Assembly: GCA_035269015.1 (NCBI GenBank)
Contig: DATFJU010000031.1
Span: 41,326-105,325, forward strand
DNA: 64,000 nt
Reading direction: 5' to 3'
From: Patescibacteria group bacterium
GTDB lineage: Bacteria > Patescibacteriota > Patescibacteriia > Patescibacteriales > UBA12465
Positions 17,764-27,273 of this stretch are shown here, in pieces. Each line of letters opens with the position of its first letter. Position 1 is the first letter of the stretch. The notes under the pieces were generated by a model. It did no database searches and was not told where the DNA came from. It worked only from the letters and a program-made list of their open reading frames with translations. Position numbers and translations under genes: made by a program.

Positions 17764-18783
17764 TTAATATATATTAACTTCAGGTACAAGTTCAATATCA
17801 AATTTTTCTTTAACATCAGCTATAATAGTTTCAGCCAGCTTTTTAATATCTTTAGAACTAGCTCCCCCTAGATTTATCAATATCAAAGCTTGTTTCCCCC
17901 AAACACCAGCCTTACCTAAAGATTTACCTTTCCAACCAACCTCTTCTATCAACCAGCCAGCCGGCACCTTAATCAAACCATTATCTAAATTATAATATTT
18001 AATATCTGGGTATTTAACTTTTAATTTTTCAAAATGCTCTTTTTCAATTTCAGGATTTTGGAAAAAAGAGCCTGAATTACCCCACTTTTCTGGCTCTGGT
18101 AGTTTGCTTTTTCTAATTTCAATTATGGCTTTAGAAATGTCATTTGGTTTAAGATCATATATATCTTTTTTAATAATATCACCTAAAGATCCATAATTTA
18201 ATTGAGGTTTAGCTTCTAGTGATAGTTTCAAAGAAACAGAAGTGATAAAGACTTTGCTTTTCAATTGTTTCTTAAAAATACTACTACGATAGGCAAAATT
18301 ACACTCATGTTTCTCAAATGTTTCAGTTTCTAAGCTATCAAAATTAATTGCTCTAAGACTATAAAAGACATCTTTTAATTCTACACCATAAGCTCCAATA
18401 TTTTGCACAGGTGAGGCGCCAATAGTTCCTGGTATATAACTTAAGTTTTCTATACCCCAATATTCCCTGTCAACACTATACTTAACTACGTCATCCCAGA
18501 TTTCACCTGAACCAGTCTCAATGATAATATAATTATTATCTACTTTCTTTTCTCTGATTCCTTTAATATTATTTTTAATCACCAAACCTAAAAAATCTTC
18601 ATCAGGTAGTAACATATTAGATCCTTGCCCAATGATGAGTATTTCTAAATCTTTATGCTTAGCCCAAGAAATAGCTTCTCGAGCTTCATGTTCATCACTT
18701 ACCTCTACAAAATACTTCGCTAAGCCACCAATATTAAAAGTGGTATATAAAGATAAGACCTTATTTTCTTCAATATTTAACAT
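17764..18783 (-). CDS. murB: UDP-N-acetylenolpyruvoylglucosamine reductase
   Basis: IGQGSN, IPGTIGASPVQNIGAYG, YRSSIFK, GSFFQNP, LVPEV. Confidence 0.96.
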   Translation of the reverse strand: MLNIEENKVLSLYTTFNIGGLAKYFVEVSDEHEAREAISWAKHKDLEILIIGQGSNMLLPDEDFLGLVIKNNIKGIREKKVDNNYIIIETGSGEIWDDVVKYSVDREYWGIENLSYIPGTIGASPVQNIGAYGVELKDVFYSLRAINFDSLETETFEKHECNFAYRSSIFKKQLKSKVFITSVSLKLSLEAKPQLNYGSLGDIIKKDIYDLKPNDISKAIIEIRKSKLPEPEKWGNSGSFFQNPEIEKEHFEKLKVKYPDIKYYNLDNGLIKVPAGWLIEEVGWKGKSLGKAGVWGKQALILINLGGASSKDIKKLAETIIADVKEKFDIELVPEVNIY

Positions 18784-18842
18784 ATTTTTATATAATTATA
18801 TTAGCAAGGGAAAATTAAGAAGTAAAGAATTATTACTACAAA

Positions 18843-20252
18843 TTAACCTTCTAAAAGTGACTCTGCTACTCTAAAAATATCACCAGCACCAAGGAGTAAA
18901 ACAATATCTTTATCTTTATAATTTTTTCTTAAATAATTTTCTGTTGCTTTAAGGCCACCAGTGGCTTTTACATCCTGTTTAATGTTCTGTTTTTTATTAT
19001 ATTTTTTAATAGCTCTTTCTAAATCCTTACTACTTACCCCTCCCTGCTTCTCTCTAGCTGAACCATAGATATCATTTATCAAGACTTCGTCAGCCTCACT
19101 AAAGCTAGTAACAAAATCATTAAATAAAGCTTTAGTCCTGGTATAAGTATGAGGATGGAAAACCACGCAGATATGCCTATCCTTATACTTTGCTCTCAGT
19201 CCGAAAATAGTACTTTTTATTTCAGTCGGATGATGTCCATAATCATCATAAATACTCATATTCTTATACTTCCCTAAAAATTCCATTCTTCTAGCTGTAC
19301 CAGTAAAAGAAGATAAGCCTTCTTTTATTTCTTTAAAACTAAGCCCTAACTCTAAAGAGCTAGCCATTACCGCTAAAGCATTATAGACACCGTGTCTACC
19401 TAAAAGTTTAATCTCAATATTTCTAAGATTCTTTCTCTTTCCTTTTTTATTTATTTGTAAATCAAAACTTTGTTTTAATTTATTTTGTTTTAAATTATAA
19501 GCAAAGAAATCGGCACTGCTATCCTCTAAGGATATACTTATCTTCTTAGTTTTTACATTAATACTAAGTTTTTGACACTTCTTGTCATCTAAATTATATA
19601 CCAAAAATCCTTGCTTATTTATTTTTTTTACAAAATCACTAAAAACTTTAGTGTAAGCAGATTTAGTTTTAAAAAAATCAGGATGATCAAAATCAATATT
19701 TAAAAGTACAGTTGCAAAAGGATTAAAATATTTTAACTTATTTTGATACTCATCCACTTCAGCAATTAAGTAGTCACTTTTACCTGCTAAACTAGATCCT
19801 TTTAATTGTGGTACCCGAGCCCCTATTAAAGCTTTAGGGTCTTTATTAGCTCTATAGAGCACATAACTAAGCCAGGCTGAAACCGTAGTTTTACCATGAG
19901 AACCTACCACCGCTACTCCCTTATAATCATTAAACACTAAACTCAAAGCCTCACCGTAACTTATCATCTTAACTCCCTTTCTCTTATTTAATTCTTTTAA
20001 TTCAACATTGTTATCTTGATTATAAGCACTGGAATAAACAACTAAATCACAGTCTTCTTTTAAATTATTGACACTAAAACCTTGATGGACTTTAATCCCC
20101 TGCTTTTTCAAAACCTGATCGGTCATAAAAGTCTCTTTAGTATCAGAGCCACTAATATTATAACCCAACTGTGCTAAAAAACTAGCTAACATAGTCATGC
20201 CTACACCCTTAATGCCAACAAAGTACAATTTTTTAATATTTTTATTTAACAT
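18843..20252 (-). CDS. murC: UDP-N-acetylmuramate--L-alanine ligase
   Basis: VGIKGVGM, GSHGKTT, EVDEY, DDYGHHPTEI, FHPHTYTRT; likely start 20252. Confidence 0.95.
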   Translation of the reverse strand: MLNKNIKKLYFVGIKGVGMTMLASFLAQLGYNISGSDTKETFMTDQVLKKQGIKVHQGFSVNNLKEDCDLVVYSSAYNQDNNVELKELNKRKGVKMISYGEALSLVFNDYKGVAVVGSHGKTTVSAWLSYVLYRANKDPKALIGARVPQLKGSSLAGKSDYLIAEVDEYQNKLKYFNPFATVLLNIDFDHPDFFKTKSAYTKVFSDFVKKINKQGFLVYNLDDKKCQKLSINVKTKKISISLEDSSADFFAYNLKQNKLKQSFDLQINKKGKRKNLRNIEIKLLGRHGVYNALAVMASSLELGLSFKEIKEGLSSFTGTARRMEFLGKYKNMSIYDDYGHHPTEIKSTIFGLRAKYKDRHICVVFHPHTYTRTKALFNDFVTSFSEADEVLINDIYGSAREKQGGVSSKDLERAIKKYNKKQNIKQDVKATGGLKATENYLRKNYKDKDIVLLLGAGDIFRVAESLLEG

Positions 20253-21321
20253 AATTATCAATAATATTAATGATTTTCTCACTAGCTTCCTTAGGTACTA
20301 ACTTATATAAATTATTCTCATATTTCTCTCTAAGCTCATCATCTTCTAAGAGATCTAATATTTTCTTAGAAAACTCTTTAGGAATAATTCTGTCTTGCTC
20401 TAAAACAACACCAGCCTCATATTTTTTAATATAATCAGCATTGTCTTCTTGATGACTATTAGGCATAGGGATAAAAATAGTGGGTTTAGCTAAATATGAT
20501 AATTCAGTAATCAGGCCTAACCCACAACGAGATATAACTAAATCTGATAAGTACAATACTTCAGCAATCTTTTTTGCTTCCAAAAAACTGTAACTATGAT
20601 AATTATCATCTTTAATATTGCTAGGCTTTCTATTACCTAAAATATGAAGCACTTGAACTTTATCTTTTAAACTATCATAACTTTTAAATATTAAATCATT
20701 AATACCTTGGGCACCAGTCCCTCCACCTAAAGCTAGTAATATAGGTAAGTTTGATTTTAAATTATATTTATTTAACAAGTCCTCCCTATTTCTATTTATA
20801 TTTTTAAACTCTTCTCTAACTGGATTACCAGTTAGCACGGCTTTAGATTTAAAATCAGCTACAGACTTAGAAAAAGTAACACTAACTTTTTTAGAAACTA
20901 TAGCCATTATTTTATTAGCTAAACCAACCTTAATATCTTGTTGATGAGAAAAAACTGGGATGTTTAATAAGTAAGCACTATAAGCAACGGGCACGCTAAC
21001 AAAACTACCAGCACTAAGCACCGCTTTAGGTCTAAGTATTAAAAGATATATAAAAGATTGAATAAAACCAACTATTATATTTAAAATATCTAAAAAGTTT
21101 TTAAAGGAGAAATATCTACGCAACTTGCCACTAAAAATTGGATAATACTTTAAATTTTCTTTTTTTACCATTTCTCTCTCAATTCCAGACATGCTACCAA
21201 AAAAACCAATTTTCCAATCTGGATGCTTTTTTTGCAATTCTTTAATCACTGCCAAAAGCGGAGCCACTGAACCACCAGTTCCCCCTCCAGAAAAAATAAT
21301 TGTTTTGGGTTTAGTTTTCAT
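20242..21321 (-). CDS. murG: Lipid II N-acetylglucosaminyltransferase
   Basis: GGGTGGS, GKLRRY, TGNPVR, GGGTGA, HQEDNA. Confidence 0.95.
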   Translation of the reverse strand: MKTKPKTIIFSGGGTGGSVAPLLAVIKELQKKHPDWKIGFFGSMSGIEREMVKKENLKYYPIFSGKLRRYFSFKNFLDILNIIVGFIQSFIYLLILRPKAVLSAGSFVSVPVAYSAYLLNIPVFSHQQDIKVGLANKIMAIVSKKVSVTFSKSVADFKSKAVLTGNPVREEFKNINRNREDLLNKYNLKSNLPILLALGGGTGAQGINDLIFKSYDSLKDKVQVLHILGNRKPSNIKDDNYHSYSFLEAKKIAEVLYLSDLVISRCGLGLITELSYLAKPTIFIPMPNSHQEDNADYIKKYEAGVVLEQDRIIPKEFSKKILDLLEDDELREKYENNLYKLVPKEASEKIINIIDNYVK

Positions 21322-21345
21322 ATATAAATTAATCTAAAATTATAT

Positions 21346-22491
21346 TTAATTTTCAACTGTATATCTACTGATATTAACTAATATACCCATAGCAATCAAG
21401 CCTGCTAAGATGGCTGAGCCACCATGAGAAATAAAAGGTAGTGGCACTCCAGTCATAGGTATTAAATTTAACATACCACCGATATTTAAAAAGGCTTGAA
21501 AAAATATCCAAGAAACTATACCTACTGCCAAAAGTCTACCAAACATATCTTTAGCTTTTAAAGCTATCAACCAACCACGATAGAAAATATAAGTATACAA
21601 TAATATTAAAGTGCTAGAAAAAATAAAACCAATTTCTTCTGATATAATTGGAAAAATTGCATCTCCACTCACCTCTGGTAAATAAGAATATTTTTGGCTA
21701 CTCTCTCCTAATCCTTTACCCCAAAGACCACCTGAACCAACAGCAATTAATGACTGATTAATTTGATAGCAGTCATCTTGAGTGTCAAAAGAAGGGTCTT
21801 TTAAACAAGCAAAACGTTCTTGTTGATAATCAGTGTAAGTAACCATAGAATAAACCCCCAAAAAAGCAATTAAAACTAAAGCAACAATATGCTTTTTATT
21901 AGCTCCACCTACAAAATAAACTACCATTGAGCTAAGAGCAATAATAGACCAAGTACCCAGATCTGGTTGCATAAACATCAAGATACTAATAAAGAAAAAG
22001 ATGAACAAAAAAGGTATTAAACCTTGAGACATTGTTTTTATTGCTTTATGCCTAACTTGTAACCAGGCAGCTAAATATATTAGAAAAGATATCTTCACAA
22101 ATTCAGCTGGTTGCAAAGATTGTCCAAAAACTACAATCCAACTATTGGCAGTACCATGACCAGCAGATAAACCTGGAATAAAGACTAGAAATAATAGAAG
22201 TACAGAGGCTAATAAAAAATAAATAGCATTTCTTTTCCATACCTGATAATCTGTTTTGCTAATAATATAAAAAAACATTAGACCAATACTTGTAGCTATA
22301 ATTTGTCCTTGAATATAAGCATAGCTATTTCCAAATTTACTATAAGCCGAAAAAGCTGAAGTAGAAGCTAACATTACCAGACCAAAAATAATTAAAATAA
22401 ATAAGGCATAAATTAATTTTTTATCTGGCTCATGCTCATTTTTACCTTTTTTCTTATTAAATTTTTTCAAGACCTTTTTTATCAAACTCAT
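21346..22491 (-). CDS. ftsW: SEDS peptidoglycan polymerase FtsW
   Basis: LQPAEFVK, QPDLGT, YQINQSLIAVGSGG, YLPE, EEIGF, TGVPLPFISHGGS; dcw context. Confidence 0.93.
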   Translation of the reverse strand: MSLIKKVLKKFNKKKGKNEHEPDKKLIYALFILIIFGLVMLASTSAFSAYSKFGNSYAYIQGQIIATSIGLMFFYIISKTDYQVWKRNAIYFLLASVLLLFLVFIPGLSAGHGTANSWIVVFGQSLQPAEFVKISFLIYLAAWLQVRHKAIKTMSQGLIPFLFIFFFISILMFMQPDLGTWSIIALSSMVVYFVGGANKKHIVALVLIAFLGVYSMVTYTDYQQERFACLKDPSFDTQDDCYQINQSLIAVGSGGLWGKGLGESSQKYSYLPEVSGDAIFPIISEEIGFIFSSTLILLYTYIFYRGWLIALKAKDMFGRLLAVGIVSWIFFQAFLNIGGMLNLIPMTGVPLPFISHGGSAILAGLIAMGILVNISRYTVEN

Positions 22492-22508
22492 GTTATATTA
22501 TTACCCTT

Positions 22509-23558
22509 TTATAACCCTCTATCCAATAAAAATAAAATAATACCAATAGCCGCTGTAATAGCTGATATAACCCAAAAACGCATAACAATTTTAGGTTCTG
22601 ACCAACCTATAGCTTGAAAATGATGATGAATTGGTGTGGAATAAAATAATTTCTTTTTTCTAATTTTCTTATGAAATACCTGTAATATAACTGACAAAGA
22701 TTCAAAAACAAATAAGAGTCCAATAATAGGAAGTAAAATGACATAATTAGTTAACATAGCAATTATAGCCAAGGTAACTCCTAAACTCATAGCACCTGTA
22801 TCTCCCAGATAAAAACGAGCAGGAGGAATATTAAACCACAAAAAAGCCAATAATCCACCCGTGATTACACCACAAAAAGCAGCTAAATCATACCTTCCTA
22901 AAGCAAAAGCAATAACACCAAAAGCTACATAAGATGTAACTAAAGTACCACCAGCTAATCCATCTAAACCATCACTTTCATTAACTGAAAAAGCTGTACT
23001 AATAATAACTAAAATAAAAATAGGTATATACCACCAACCTATTTCAAAGCTTCCAAAAAAAGGCACATGAAGCACTGTCCAATCTAATTTAAAATAAAAC
23101 CACAAAGCCCCAACTAAAGCTATAATCGCATATATAAATAAACGATAACCAATAGTGAGACCGCCACCACCTTTAGCTCCTTTGCCTCTTACATCTAGCC
23201 AGTCATCAACAAGTCCTACCATAGCAGTAGCAATTAAAGCCCCTAATGGCAAAAGAGTTTCACTTCTGGAAAGAAAATTTAGATTACTTAAAAACTCCCA
23301 ATTAAGTAAATCACCTAAAAAACTAAAAAGAACAATTAAAATAAGAAGTGTTAACCAAATTAAAATTCCTCCCATAGTAGGTGTCCCAGCTTTATGAGCA
23401 TGAAGCTTAGAAAATATAGGTGTTTTACCACTGTTTCTAATATTTTTACCCATCTTATACTTATATAAATAATGCGTTAAAAGTGGTGTCCACAAAATGG
23501 CAAAAATAAAAGCTAAGGTAAACAAACTAAGAATTTTAGCAATTTGAAATTCCGGCAT
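22509..23558 (-). CDS. mraY: Phospho-N-acetylmuramoyl-pentapeptide transferase
   Basis: KAGTPTMGG, GLVDD, NESDGLDGLA, YLGDTG, PIHHHF. Confidence 0.97.
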   Translation of the reverse strand: MPEFQIAKILSLFTLAFIFAILWTPLLTHYLYKYKMGKNIRNSGKTPIFSKLHAHKAGTPTMGGILIWLTLLILIVLFSFLGDLLNWEFLSNLNFLSRSETLLPLGALIATAMVGLVDDWLDVRGKGAKGGGGLTIGYRLFIYAIIALVGALWFYFKLDWTVLHVPFFGSFEIGWWYIPIFILVIISTAFSVNESDGLDGLAGGTLVTSYVAFGVIAFALGRYDLAAFCGVITGGLLAFLWFNIPPARFYLGDTGAMSLGVTLAIIAMLTNYVILLPIIGLLFVFESLSVILQVFHKKIRKKKLFYSTPIHHHFQAIGWSEPKIVMRFWVISAITAAIGIILFLLDRGL

Positions 23559-23559
23559 A

Positions 23560-23955
23560 TTAGAAAAAGTTAACTAAATAAAGACTTAAAAGACTGAAAA
23601 TAATAATTACACTAACAAGCAAATAACTTATAGGTAATAAATGACTCAAAAAATCAAAATGTTTTTTTCTAAAGAAACTAATAGTAACTGAAGTATTAAA
23701 TATAAATACTGCTAAAGCAATAAGTGGTAAAACAAAAACCTCTTGAGGATCACCAACCTTATCAATACCAAAAAGCACATTATAATGTAAAACCATAAGA
23801 TCTGAACTAATGTTTTGATAGAGATACCAAGCAAAAACAAAGGCTAAAACTAAAAGTAATAAATTAATTATGGTATAAATACGTAAATGCTTATTAGAAA
23901 ATACTCTTTTAAAAAACCACAAATAACGCCTTAAAGCAATTAATATTTTTTGCAT
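23560..23955 (-). CDS. Small membrane protein (DUF1648-like)
   Basis: Three TM helices, VLHYNVLFGIDKVG motif; abuts mraY. Confidence 0.65.
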   Translation of the reverse strand: MQKILIALRRYLWFFKRVFSNKHLRIYTIINLLLLVLAFVFAWYLYQNISSDLMVLHYNVLFGIDKVGDPQEVFVLPLIALAVFIFNTSVTISFFRKKHFDFLSHLLPISYLLVSVIIIFSLLSLYLVNFF

Positions 23956-24046
23956 ACATCAATTTTAATATAGCCCTTATAAGAAAGAGCTTTATTTAAT
24001 ATTATCATATTTTTCAATAATGTAAAAATAATGTTATAATAATATT

Positions 24047-25138
24047 ATGAAATTAAACTTTATTTCCAAAATAATAAATTATGGTCTGTGGCAAGGTGCT
24101 AGTAGTCTTTATATTGAATTAAGTTCAAAGGGTTTAGAAGTGGATTATCATGACGCCAGCGCAGATGATTTACTACTTCCCCAGAGTGCTTGTGATAAAT
24201 TTTTAACTGAATTAAATTCTTTAACCAATAATCAAAAGTTAGAATCTGGTGCTAATATTCATTTTCCATTGAAAACAGCAATTAATACTCGCACCGTTTC
24301 TTTAACTAGCATTGCTGGTGAAAATCATAAATACCTAATACAAGTTATTGAACCAGAAAGCACAGCCTGGAAATTATCAAATTTAGGCATGGACTCAAAT
24401 ATTTTAAGAAACCTTAAACAACATTTAAGAACAGGAAGACCTGAAGGCCTTATTGCTATCTCTTCTCAAAGTAAAACTGACCAAGAAAAAACCTTAGAAG
24501 CTCTAGCCCATGAATTAAAGAAATTAAATAGAGATATAATAAGTATTGGTAAGATTCATAAGAATATTCTTAATCTAGATGAGAATGAAAGATACTTGAA
24601 AGATATTGATGAGGATGATTTAATTAATCTTTTAAATAAACACGGTGAAGATGTTATAATTACCAATAGTGAAAAGGAAAATATTATTAAAGCCCTAATT
24701 AAATATAGCTTAAATAGTAACAAACTTATCATTCTAGCTATAAACAGCCAAAGCTCACATGATGCCTATAATAAACTACAGGAGCAAATAAATGATAAGG
24801 GGCTAAGTAAAAATATTAACTTCATACTACATCAAGAAAGTTTTAAACGTCAGTGTCCTTTTTGCTTAGACAAAGCTGAGTATAGCTCTTATGAAGCCAA
24901 GTCTTTAGATGATTTAGCCTTTAACTATGATTTAGGGGATATAAAGAATAATTCCTATAGCAGTAGTGGTTGCAAAAAATGTAATTACAAATCATATAAC
25001 GGCAACGTCTTAGCTTTTGAAGTGCTCTCTTTTAAATACCCTCACCTAAACACCGCCTCTGTAATAGATGATGCTTCTAAAAAGCAAAAGCTAGGTATAA
25101 TTTCAGCTAATGATTTGTTAAGATTAACTAGAATATGA
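24047..25138 (+). CDS. Degenerate GspE/PilB-family secretion ATPase homologue (pseudo-ATPase)
   Basis: Collinear with PilB (GASSLYIE, LSNLGM, PEGLIAIS, CPFC...CKKC, AFEVL, GIISANDLLRL) but Walker A/B, Asp and His boxes degenerate. Confidence 0.75.
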   Translation: MKLNFISKIINYGLWQGASSLYIELSSKGLEVDYHDASADDLLLPQSACDKFLTELNSLTNNQKLESGANIHFPLKTAINTRTVSLTSIAGENHKYLIQVIEPESTAWKLSNLGMDSNILRNLKQHLRTGRPEGLIAISSQSKTDQEKTLEALAHELKKLNRDIISIGKIHKNILNLDENERYLKDIDEDDLINLLNKHGEDVIITNSEKENIIKALIKYSLNSNKLIILAINSQSSHDAYNKLQEQINDKGLSKNINFILHQESFKRQCPFCLDKAEYSSYEAKSLDDLAFNYDLGDIKNNSYSSSGCKKCNYKSYNGNVLAFEVLSFKYPHLNTASVIDDASKKQKLGIISANDLLRLTRI

Positions 25139-25797
25139 AAATACTTTGTGTAATCCCAGCCTACAACGAAGAAAAAAATATAAGCAAGACTGTTGAGTCA
25201 GCTAAAAAATACATCAATGATATCTTAGTGATAAATGATGGCTCTAAAGATAAAACTAAAGAGCTAGCTAAAGAAGCTGGAGCTAAAGTTCTTAGCCACA
25301 TCATTAATCGCGGACAAGGAGCAGGCCTTGAAACTGGTAATGAATATGCCAGGCGACATAATTATGATATTGTTGTACATTTTGATGCTGATGGACAGTT
25401 TTTAGCTGAAGAGATTCCTGATATTTTAAAACCCATTATAGAAGATGGCTACCCTATGAGTTTTGGATCTCGCTTTTTAAATAAAAAAACAAAAATGCCC
25501 TGGTTTAAAAAGCATATAATTATGCGTTTAGCCAAAGCTATGAACTATATATTTTTAGGTATAAAAACAACTGATCCCCAAAGTGGCTTCAGAGCTATGG
25601 ACAAGGAAGCACTAAAAAAGATAAAAATTGAAAACGACGGTATGGCTCATTGCAGTGAAATTTTAGCCAAGACCCATAAATACGGCTTAATTTTTAAAGA
25701 GGTACCTATCACTGTAATATATAATGAATTTGGACAATCACTGGGCTCTGGCTTTAAAACAGTTAAGGATTTATTAATTAATAAGATAAATAAATAA
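25135..25797 (+). CDS. GT2 glycosyltransferase, polyprenol-phosphate sugar synthase (DPM1/GacI-like)
   Basis: IPAYNEE, NDGSKD, NRGQGA, FDADGQF, GSRF, DPQSGFRA. Confidence 0.92.
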   Translation: MKILCVIPAYNEEKNISKTVESAKKYINDILVINDGSKDKTKELAKEAGAKVLSHIINRGQGAGLETGNEYARRHNYDIVVHFDADGQFLAEEIPDILKPIIEDGYPMSFGSRFLNKKTKMPWFKKHIIMRLAKAMNYIFLGIKTTDPQSGFRAMDKEALKKIKIENDGMAHCSEILAKTHKYGLIFKEVPITVIYNEFGQSLGSGFKTVKDLLINKINK

Positions 25798-25798
25798 T

Positions 25799-26143
25799 AT
25801 GTGGCAACAAATAATAGCTTTGGTTTTGATTATCATCTTCATCACCCGACTAAACCTACTAAGAAAGAAAAATAAGATTCAAAAAAATGAATATATATTT
25901 TGGATGATATTTTGGGGTCTAGCCGGATTAGCTATATTATTTTTAAAACAACTAGATACTTTATTAATAGATTTTGGTTTTTCTGGTAGTGGTATTAATT
26001 TTCTACTTTACTTAGCTGTACTTTTTCTTTTCTATTTAATCTTTAGACTAAGACTAAAAATACTAGACTTAGATACAAAAATAACTAAACTGCTAAGAGA
26101 ACTAGCTCTAAAAGATGATCATAATACACCTAAAGAAAAATAA
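25799..26143 (+). CDS. DUF2304 family small membrane protein (GacJ-like)
   Basis: Three TM helices, FWMIFW, C-terminal ITKLLRELAL; directly after GT2. Confidence 0.8.
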   Translation: MWQQIIALVLIIIFITRLNLLRKKNKIQKNEYIFWMIFWGLAGLAILFLKQLDTLLIDFGFSGSGINFLLYLAVLFLFYLIFRLRLKILDLDTKITKLLRELALKDDHNTPKEK

Positions 26144-26145
26144 GT

Positions 26146-27267
26146 ATGAAAATAGCTCAAATTGTCTGCTCCTTTCCTCCCTATAAAGGTGGTATGGGTA
26201 ACAGCGCTAAGCGCCTAATAAAACTTCTTAGTCCTGAAATAGAACTCAGTACCTTTACTACTTTAAAGGATAAAAATAAATCTCAAAAACAAATAAATAA
26301 TGTCCATTATTTAAAACCACTAATTAAAATTGGTCAGGCTGCTATTTTGCCCGACCTATTTTTTAAATTAAAGAAATACGACGCCATTATTTTACACTAC
26401 CCTTTCTTTGGTACTAATGAAATATTATATTTATATAGATTGTTTAACAAAAAACAAAAGCTCTACATTTATTATCACATGGACGTTAGAGCCTCAAACC
26501 CCTTATACAAACTATTAAGCTTGCCCGGACAAATATGCGGTAAAGCCTTATTAAAACAAGCTGACAAAGTTATTGTTTCTAGTTTAGATTATATACAAAA
26601 CTCACAAATCAAGAAATTATACTATAAGAACCCTAAAAAATACCAAGCTATCCCCTTTCATTTAAATGAAAATTATTATCATAAAAACTTTGAAGTAAAA
26701 GACCAAAACAATATACAACTTCTATTTGTAGGCGGTTTAGATAAAGCTCATTACTTCAAAGGTGTAAGCAATTTAATTAAAGCTTTAGGAAAATTAACGA
26801 ATAATAATTGGAACTTAAATATTGTTGGTAGTGGCGAGTTATTAAACAAATACAAAAAACTTGTTCTTAATTTAAATTTAGATAAAAATATTAAGTTTTT
26901 AAATAAAGTAGATGATAAAGAATTAAAAAAGATATATGAACAAGCAGATATAATATTACTTCCTTCCTTAAACCAAAACGAAGCTTTTGGCATTGTCTTA
27001 ATTGAAGCTATGGCCAATTCCACAGCTGTTATTGCTAGCGACCTTAAAGGTGTTAATCAAGTTTTTAATGATAACTGTGGTTTAAAAATAATTCCTGGTA
27101 GTATTATAGATTTGAAAAATAAACTAGATTATTTACTTAAGAGCCCAGAAATAATTAAAAACTTTAAAAAGGAAGCTTTTTACTTAGCTAAAAAAAGATA
27201 TTTAGCTAAACACATTAAAACAAAATGGTTAAATATTTTAACTAAAAAAGAAAAAGAAAATAAATAA
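26146..27267 (+). CDS. GT4 glycosyltransferase
   Basis: FPPYKGGMG, FVGGLDKAHYFKG, EAFGIVLIEAMA. Confidence 0.92.
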   Translation: MKIAQIVCSFPPYKGGMGNSAKRLIKLLSPEIELSTFTTLKDKNKSQKQINNVHYLKPLIKIGQAAILPDLFFKLKKYDAIILHYPFFGTNEILYLYRLFNKKQKLYIYYHMDVRASNPLYKLLSLPGQICGKALLKQADKVIVSSLDYIQNSQIKKLYYKNPKKYQAIPFHLNENYYHKNFEVKDQNNIQLLFVGGLDKAHYFKGVSNLIKALGKLTNNNWNLNIVGSGELLNKYKKLVLNLNLDKNIKFLNKVDDKELKKIYEQADIILLPSLNQNEAFGIVLIEAMANSTAVIASDLKGVNQVFNDNCGLKIIPGSIIDLKNKLDYLLKSPEIIKNFKKEAFYLAKKRYLAKHIKTKWLNILTKKEKENK

Positions 27268-27273
27268 TCATTT

